Assembly: GCA_017857425.1 (NCBI GenBank)
Contig: JAFMDE010000001.1
Location: 1 to 51,211, forward strand
Source of the DNA: Akkermansiaceae bacterium
GTDB taxonomy: Bacteria; Verrucomicrobiota; Verrucomicrobiia; Verrucomicrobiales; Akkermansiaceae
Length of the DNA: 51,211 nt
Direction: 5' to 3'
Under the pieces are notes generated by a model, which saw only the letters and a program-made list of their open reading frames with translations, made no database searches and was not told the origin of the DNA. The position numbers and the translations under genes are program-made. Shown here piece by piece: positions 47,236 to 51,211 of the stretch (positions within the stretch are counted from its first letter, which is position 1; each line of letters begins with the position of its first letter).

Positions 47236-48996
47236 CTAGACATCCTCATGCATCATCTTGCTAGCTTGAACGATATGCAATGCGTGGTTTGAAACCGCAT
47301 CAAAGTGGTTGTTGATGTCGATGTTGAGCATTTCGAGCTTAAGGTCACCATTGGACATTCGTTTCATGGCGCTCTTGTTGAACTTTTTGCGCATCGTACC
47401 AGCCATCTTTTTCATAGCCTCAGCCTTGGCCATGTCCTCTGGGGATATATTGGCAAGAAGGTTCTGGTCAGCAAAGGTGATGAACTGGGAAATGCTTCCC
47501 GCAAATTCACGAATAGTCTCTTGCTGCTCTTGAGTAAACTGGCGGTCTTTTTTGTAGCGCCGCTCATTGAGTTTCACGAGACGGTAAATACAATCAGCAC
47601 ATTCTTCTGCCTCTTGGGTAATGCGCAGCATATGGGCAATTCTGTTGGCATTAGCAGGACCGATATCCTTAGAAGAACATCGCACAAGGTATTGTGTGAT
47701 TTCCTGCATTAAGAGGTCGGATTCGTCCTCAATTCTTTTCAGCGCCTTCACCTGTGTTGACATGTCTTTTTTGGGATTCTCGAGAACGTCGATGAACCCA
47801 TCAAACATATTTACGCACAAGTGGGACATTTTGTGGATGGCGTTTTCCGCCTCGGCAATGTTGAGCTCACCAAGATCTACAAGATTTTGGGAAATATACC
47901 GGAGGTGGGTTACCTCTTCTTTTTCGGTGGGATCTTTGACCCATTTCTGAACAAGGTTAGCAATCTGGGGAACAAACCAAACGAGTACGAAGATATTGAT
48001 CAGGTTGAATGTGGTGTGGAACAGGGCGACTGCGAAGGCCACGACGGTGAGGGAGCTGGTTGCGTCGCCTTTACCTGTTTTGATTTCAACGATGTGTTTG
48101 GGGAAGTGGTCGACAAGTTCCCATACAGCCCAGGCTAGAGGTAAGAAGAAGATGAGGGCCCAGATGGTGCCTATGACGTTAAAGAGGAAGTGGGCTCTTG
48201 CCGCACGTTTGGCGTTGACGTTGGTTCCGAGAGAAGCAAGCCATGCTGTTACGGTAGTTCCGATATTTTCACCGAGGACAACAGCAGCAGAAATTTTGAA
48301 GGCGATATACGGATCAGCTCCGAACCATCCGTTCCATGCACATGTGATGGTTATGGCCATAGCTGCTGAGGATGACTGTACGAGGAGGGTGAGTAAAATA
48401 CCGGCAATGAGGAACAGGATGGTGGATCCGAAGCCGAAGCCGTTAAGCGTATCAATAATACTTTGAATCGTCTGTTGGAGTTCGACATTGGCTGCAACGC
48501 CTCCTTTCAGGTCGGGGACGGATTTTTTCAGGTAGGAAAGTCCGGTGAACAGCAGTCCAAATCCGATCAGCGTTTCACCGGTAGCCTTGGTTTTGGCTTT
48601 GCCGATAAAGAAAAGCGGCAGGCCCACACCGATGATGGGCAGGGTGATGGCAGAGATGCTGAACTTGCCAATCCATGCGACCAGCCATGCTGTGATAGTG
48701 GTGCCCAAGTTGGCCCCCATGATGACACCGATAGATTCGGTGAGTGTGAGCAAGCCTGCATTGACAAAACTTACCACTAGAACAGTTGTTGCTGAGGACG
48801 ACTGGACCAGAGAGGTGGTAAAGAATCCGGTAAATACGGAGCTGACTCGGTTGTGGGTCATGGTAGCGAGAGCGTGTCGCATGCCACTGCCGGCTGCTTT
48901 TTGAATGCCCTCGGACATTACCTTCATTCCGTAAAGAAAAATGCCCAGTGAACCGAGGATTTTAAGAATGGCGATAAGAACGGTCCAGATGATCAT
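47236..48996 (-). CDS. Na+/Pi cotransporter (NptA/YjbB type) with PhoU-like C-terminal domain
   Basis: Two QSSS repeats (VQSSSATT, VQSSSAA), GANLGTT and GENIGTT, helical PhoU-like tail. Confidence 0.94.
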   Translation of the reverse strand: MIIWTVLIAILKILGSLGIFLYGMKVMSEGIQKAAGSGMRHALATMTHNRVSSVFTGFFTTSLVQSSSATTVLVVSFVNAGLLTLTESIGVIMGANLGTTITAWLVAWIGKFSISAITLPIIGVGLPLFFIGKAKTKATGETLIGFGLLFTGLSYLKKSVPDLKGGVAANVELQQTIQSIIDTLNGFGFGSTILFLIAGILLTLLVQSSSAAMAITITCAWNGWFGADPYIAFKISAAVVLGENIGTTVTAWLASLGTNVNAKRAARAHFLFNVIGTIWALIFFLPLAWAVWELVDHFPKHIVEIKTGKGDATSSLTVVAFAVALFHTTFNLINIFVLVWFVPQIANLVQKWVKDPTEKEEVTHLRYISQNLVDLGELNIAEAENAIHKMSHLCVNMFDGFIDVLENPKKDMSTQVKALKRIEDESDLLMQEITQYLVRCSSKDIGPANANRIAHMLRITQEAEECADCIYRLVKLNERRYKKDRQFTQEQQETIREFAGSISQFITFADQNLLANISPEDMAKAEAMKKMAGTMRKKFNKSAMKRMSNGDLKLEMLNIDINNHFDAVSNHALHIVQASKMMHEDV

Positions 48997-49193
48997 AATG
49001 AGTAATATTTAGATAATGAAGATGGAGTGGGATAACAGTAAATCTCTACTGCATTTGCTATAATAGCCGTATGACTTCTGATGAGATTAAGTCAAGATGA
49101 GGCTCTGTTTTTTTTGTTTTTCCTGGTTCGCATGCGGCAGTGGGCGGTCTCATGTTAATATTGAGGATTTGGCCTTTTGTTTGTGCGGCTAAA

Positions 49194-50054
49194 TTAGGGC
49201 CGCCGTAAGGCCAGGGATGCAAGTTTTCGTGCTGCAGCAGCGATTTCTTGAACCCCTTTTTTGGTCGGTTCGGCATCAGCACTGAGCAACATGGTCGTGC
49301 GTAGGTCGGAGATTATCATGCGCATCTCTCGCAAGTCATCCCGGTCTGATACACGAGGGTCTAGCGCCTCAATGGAGCCTTCGTAATAGTCGGCGATGTC
49401 TTCACGGTAAAGCAGGCGGGCCCGGGCAACGGTGTATTTTTTCTCCACGGCGTATGAACTTACCTCCAACGCGCGGATCCAGCCGCCGAGCGAGATCAAA
49501 TGAGCCAGGTCAACATCGCGCAAGTGAATGAGATCGGTTTCGACATCACGTTGGGTAGCTGTGAGCTCTTTTTTGAGTGCCTCGACATTGTTGTTGCGAG
49601 CGTTTTCGAGCAAACTGGCCGCATGGCGATTGACGCGCTCACCGGCTCCAAGGGCTCGGCTGTAGCGTGATAGTTCCTTCGCCAAGTTCTCAATTTTCTG
49701 CATATGACCTGCCTGCACCGCAATAAAGCCCTCTGCGATCAGGAAACCAATTTCCATTGCAAGGTCAGCCCGGTTTAAAGGCATGCGTTTGGGCATTTCG
49801 TGCGCCAGTTCGTCAGCATGCAGAGGCGCGAGATTGTCAAGGTCGTCAAAAATACGTTTGATGGATGGAGCCGTAAACTCATTGACCCCAAGTTCTTCAC
49901 GGACGTGGGGATCATCAATCAAATCATCGGGGATGGCTGGTCTGTGCGTTGTTAAATCTTGATTCTCTTCCTGGGCTTGCAGCTGAATGCTCGTTAGCAA
50001 GCTGACTGAGAATAGACACAGGACGGGGCTTCGAAGGCATGAAACGATCTGCAT
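49194..50054 (-). CDS. Hypothetical exported all-helical protein
   Basis: Long ORF filling the gap; signal peptide ending LQA-QE; motif LISLGGWIRALE. Confidence 0.75.
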   Translation of the reverse strand: MQIVSCLRSPVLCLFSVSLLTSIQLQAQEENQDLTTHRPAIPDDLIDDPHVREELGVNEFTAPSIKRIFDDLDNLAPLHADELAHEMPKRMPLNRADLAMEIGFLIAEGFIAVQAGHMQKIENLAKELSRYSRALGAGERVNRHAASLLENARNNNVEALKKELTATQRDVETDLIHLRDVDLAHLISLGGWIRALEVSSYAVEKKYTVARARLLYREDIADYYEGSIEALDPRVSDRDDLREMRMIISDLRTTMLLSADAEPTKKGVQEIAAAARKLASLALRRP

Positions 50055-50179
50055 ATTCTCTAGATAACTATTCTCAGCTTGAAAATGCAATCGAGGAATG
50101 AGGCTGCGATGATAAAAAAGAGCTGTAAAAGAGATGGAAAGAAGTTGGCACGCCCCAGAATGTGGCTTATTCCCAATTC

Positions 50180-50926
50180 ATGAGTTTGCTGTTGGGCGTC
50201 AATATTGATCATGTAGCTACCTTGCGTCAGGCGCGCTACTCAGGGATGCTTGATTCTCCGAATGCCGAGCCGAGTCCACTGGAGGCCGCGAGGGATGCTC
50301 AGGAAGGGGGTGCAGACTCGATTACGGTTCATGTGCGTGGTGATCGGCGTCATATGCAGGAGCAAGATGCTTTTGAGATCAGAGACCAGATTAAGCTGCC
50401 GCTTAATTTCGAGATGGGAAACACGCCCGAGATGCTGGATACGGTATTGCGCCTGAAACCTGATTTTGTTTGCCTTGTTCCTGAAACTCGTGAGGAGGTC
50501 ACGACCGAAGGGGGCTTGGACGTTACCGGGCTCTATGCGTCACTTGAGGATACAGTCTCAAAGCTTCAGCTGGCGGGCATTAAGGTGAGCATGTTTATCG
50601 ACCCAGATGCTAGTCAAGTGGAAGCATCATCACGCATTGGTGCTGAGATGATCGAACTTCATACGGGATGTTTTGCCAATGCAGATAATAATGATCGCAG
50701 TGAGGAGACTGAGCGGCTCAAGGCCGCCGCGGTGCTCGGTAACAAGCTGAAACTACAGGTGAACGCTGGCCATGGCATCAATCTGCAAAACCTGCCCGAG
50801 CTATTAACGGTGCCACATCTAGCTGAATTAAACATCGGTCATACATTGATTGCTCGTTCGGTGAGGGTTGGTTTAACTGAGGCGGTAAAGGAAATGCGTG
50901 CTGCGATGGAAGGTTATGCATTATGA
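50180..50926 (+). CDS. pdxJ: Pyridoxine 5'-phosphate synthase
   Basis: LGVNIDHVATLRQAR, IT.H.R.DRRH, LVPE.REE.TTEGG, ELHTG, NAGHG, ELNIGH. Confidence 0.97.
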   Translation: MSLLLGVNIDHVATLRQARYSGMLDSPNAEPSPLEAARDAQEGGADSITVHVRGDRRHMQEQDAFEIRDQIKLPLNFEMGNTPEMLDTVLRLKPDFVCLVPETREEVTTEGGLDVTGLYASLEDTVSKLQLAGIKVSMFIDPDASQVEASSRIGAEMIELHTGCFANADNNDRSEETERLKAAAVLGNKLKLQVNAGHGINLQNLPELLTVPHLAELNIGHTLIARSVRVGLTEAVKEMRAAMEGYAL

Positions 50927-51211
50927 TGATTTTTGGCATAGGTATTGATGTCGTGGAGGTTGAGCGTGTGGAGTCATCCATCGCGGAGTTTGGAGAGCGT
51001 TTTGTCAGCCGGGTGTTTACCGAGGCAGAGCGTGCATACTGTGAGAGCCAGAAACGACCTGCCATTCACTACGCGGCAAGATTCGCCGCCAAGGAGGCGG
51101 TAGCCAAAGCTTTAGGCACGGGAATTGGAAAAGAGCTCTCCTGGTTGGATATGGAGATCAGGCGCCGAGAAAGTGGTGAGCCAGAGGTGTTTCTCTCCGG
51201 TGGAGGCGAGG
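50923..51211 (+). CDS. acpS: Holo-ACP synthase, 3' partial, absent from the ORF track
   Basis: Hand translation MMIFGIGIDVVEVER...RVFTEAE.AYC...AARFAAKEAVAKALGTG...GEP; overlaps the pdxJ stop (ATGA). Confidence 0.95.
   Translation, partial: MMIFGIGIDVVEVERVESSIAEFGERFVSRVFTEAERAYCESQKRPAIHYAARFAAKEAVAKALGTGIGKELSWLDMEIRRRESGEPEVFLSGGGE

Noticed and set aside
50778-51065. 95-aa minus-strand ORF at the window end
   Set aside because: Antisense shadow of pdxJ and acpS.

Overview
Gene-dense chromosomal housekeeping region with no tRNA, rRNA, CRISPR array, integrase or transposase that I can support. The protein families and their style (PVC-type DksA, orphan GspE/GspF pair, long TPR protein, LemA-M48, PSD-B type decarboxylase) suggest a Verrucomicrobiota bacterium; this is inference, not a database hit. 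About 47 CDS: dksA-like (5' partial), rpmG (missed by the ORF track), rpsR, folE2, DUF6173-like, gspE/gspF-like, pdxH, purA, carA, pgi, recQ, acyltransferase-3, trpD, LOG, gnd, pgsA, nagA, acpH, hemH, lipoprotein, MarR, YfiH/PgeF, EEP nuclease, tatA, proC, TetR plus RND efflux operon, lemA, M48 protease, ribBA, MscS, coaD, TPR protein, thiL, psd, a small AP2-like protein, rplQ, rpoA, NfeD, Na/Pi cotransporter, a hypothetical exported protein, pdxJ and acpS (3' partial, missed by the track). I see no multi-gene accessory system. The best candidates for undescribed biology are: (1) a stand-alone, very basic 86-aa AP2-like protein with its own terminator directly behind rpoA-rplQ; (2) rpoA-rplQ detached from the alpha operon and preceded by a nested-hairpin leader; (3) four adjacent genes that all encode zinc-independent forms; (4) a [2Fe-2S]-motif ferrochelatase with a His-rich tail; (5) a terminator-like hairpin that contains the yfiH start codons; (6) SD-poor, A(-3)-rich start contexts. 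All family calls come from motif recognition by eye.
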